Of a DNA stretch of 27,570 nucleotides, positions 26,265 to 27,570 are shown piece by piece. A program made the translations under genes and the position numbers. The notes under the pieces were generated by a model, which worked only from the letters and a program-made list of their open reading frames with translations, did no database searches and had not been told where the DNA came from. This DNA comes from an uncultured Oscillospiraceae bacterium (GTDB lineage: Bacteria; Bacillota; Clostridia; Oscillospirales; Acutalibacteraceae): positions 1 through 27,570 of the forward strand of contig URRG01000001.1 in the NCBI GenBank assembly GCA_900550095.1, in the 5' to 3' direction. Numbering within the stretch: position 1 is the stretch's first letter; every line of letters starts with the position of its first letter.

Positions 26265-27570
26265 ATGGATTTGATCGGCCAAATGAAGAACATGGATATG
26301 TTTCGGAAATTTCTCCGTGAGGATGTAAGCCATATGTGCCCCTATCCGTTTATTCCCCAGAAGCCTCCGGCCTTTCCGGTGGAAGAGACGGGCTTTTCCG
26401 CCTCCGCGCCGGAAAAGGAGGGCATCCCTTCTTCTGTGATCGAAAGCTATTTCAGGGAATTGGACAGGGAAAAGGACGCTCATCCCCACAGCGTCATCAT
26501 CCTCCGCCACGGAAAACTGATCGCCCGGGGGGATTGGGCCCCTTACACCTATCAGCTGCCCCACGCCATGTATTCTTTCTCAAAAAGCGTGGTGAGCCTG
26601 GCGGTGGGGATCGCTAAGGAGGAGGGCCTTCTCTCGGAGGACGATCTGCTTGTTTCCTATTATCCCTATAAGCCCGCTCCCTTTCGAAATTCCCGCATGG
26701 GGGACGTGACCCTGCGCCATCTCTTGACCATGACCAGCGGCGCGGTGTTCGCGGAGGCGGGGAGCGTGGCGGAAAAGGACTGGATCCGCGGCTTCCTCAT
26801 GGGGGACTGTGCCTATGAGCCGGGAGCCAGATTTTCCTATAACAGCATGAACACCTATATGCTCAGCGCCGTTCTGCGCAAGGTCACGGGCATGTCCCTC
26901 ACGGAATACCTGACGCCCCGGCTCTATGAGCCTATGGGGATGAAGCCTCCCTATTGGGAGACCTGCCCCATGGGGATCGAAAAGGGCGGCTGGGGCCTTT
27001 ACCTCACTCCCCCCGAGATGGCGAAACTGGGCCAGCTCATGCTGCAGAAGGGCCGCTGGAACGTAAACGGGGAGGAGCGGCAGCTGGTGCCTCAGGAATG
27101 GATCGAGACCGCTACGGACGGACATATCCCCACAGGAAACGACGGCATCGCTTTCGGCTACGGCTACCAGTTCTGGAGCTTTGAAAAGACAGGCTACCAG
27201 TTCAGCGGTATGTTCGGCCAGCGGGTCGTGGTGCTTCCCCGGCGGGATATGGTGATCGCCGTAACGGCCGGAAGCCAGGAGATTTTCACAGACCGCATCG
27301 CGAAGATCACGGCCTCTTATTTCGGCGAGGGCGCGCCGGAATACGGGGACGGGCCCATTGTGGCCAAACCCGGGGCCCATCGTTCCCTGCGGAAAGTTCT
27401 GGAATCTCTGGAGGCCTTCCCGGAATACGGGCGCCCGGCGGAAGAAAAGCTCACCCTTCGGGAAAAGCTCTTTTTTGCCTCCCGGACCCAGGCGCTGGAA
27501 GGGGGCCTCCGCCGTCTGGACGGGAAGCGCTACCGGCTGGAAAAGGCTTCCGGCGCGCAGGCCTCCCTGC
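26265..27570 (+). CDS. Serine hydrolase, beta-lactamase (class C-like) family, 3' truncated
   Basis: Missing from the ORF track (no stop in window). SD AGGAGG, ATG 26265; SxxK (YSFSKS, Ser codon 26574), LRHLLTMTSG, PGARFSYNS, GYGYQFW, GMFGQ. Confidence 0.9.
   Translation, partial: MDLIGQMKNMDMFRKFLREDVSHMCPYPFIPQKPPAFPVEETGFSASAPEKEGIPSSVIESYFRELDREKDAHPHSVIILRHGKLIARGDWAPYTYQLPHAMYSFSKSVVSLAVGIAKEEGLLSEDDLLVSYYPYKPAPFRNSRMGDVTLRHLLTMTSGAVFAEAGSVAEKDWIRGFLMGDCAYEPGARFSYNSMNTYMLSAVLRKVTGMSLTEYLTPRLYEPMGMKPPYWETCPMGIEKGGWGLYLTPPEMAKLGQLMLQKGRWNVNGEERQLVPQEWIETATDGHIPTGNDGIAFGYGYQFWSFEKTGYQFSGMFGQRVVVLPRRDMVIAVTAGSQEIFTDRIAKITASYFGEGAPEYGDGPIVAKPGAHRSLRKVLESLEAFPEYGRPAEEKLTLREKLFFASRTQALEGGLRRLDGKRYRLEKASGAQASL

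Noticed and set aside
26265..27570. Antibiotic-resistance beta-lactamase
   Set aside because: The SxxK fold is shared by esterases and peptidases; there is no signal peptide or mobile context.

Overview
GC-rich Clostridia-type chromosomal segment; an Oscillospirales-like gut firmicute is my inference from gene content and order. It begins in a V/A-type ATPase operon (I-K-E-C-F-A-B-D; subunit K has the Na+-binding signature). Then come a GH36 alpha-galactosidase, a PatB/MalY PLP enzyme, and a convergent mtnN + cyclase pair. An AT-rich divergent promoter region follows, with a ~200-nt multi-stem, apparently switchable RNA structure ahead of a GNAT gene. Next is the most unusual part: a low-GC C39-like (papain-fold) peptidase whose start looks broken (SD-ATG out of frame, signal peptide apparently deleted), followed by three tandem, mosaic ~400-aa paralogous lipoproteins, an arrangement that resembles an effector plus immunity array. 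The rest is an aldehyde dehydrogenase, iscS-thiI, cinA, a class B sortase, a degenerate CinA-N-like protein and a truncated beta-lactamase-family serine hydrolase that the ORF track missed. Two intergenic regions carry drifting 8-bp tandem arrays. No CRISPR, rRNA, tRNA, transposase or integrase was recognised. All family calls come from motif recognition by eye, not database searches.
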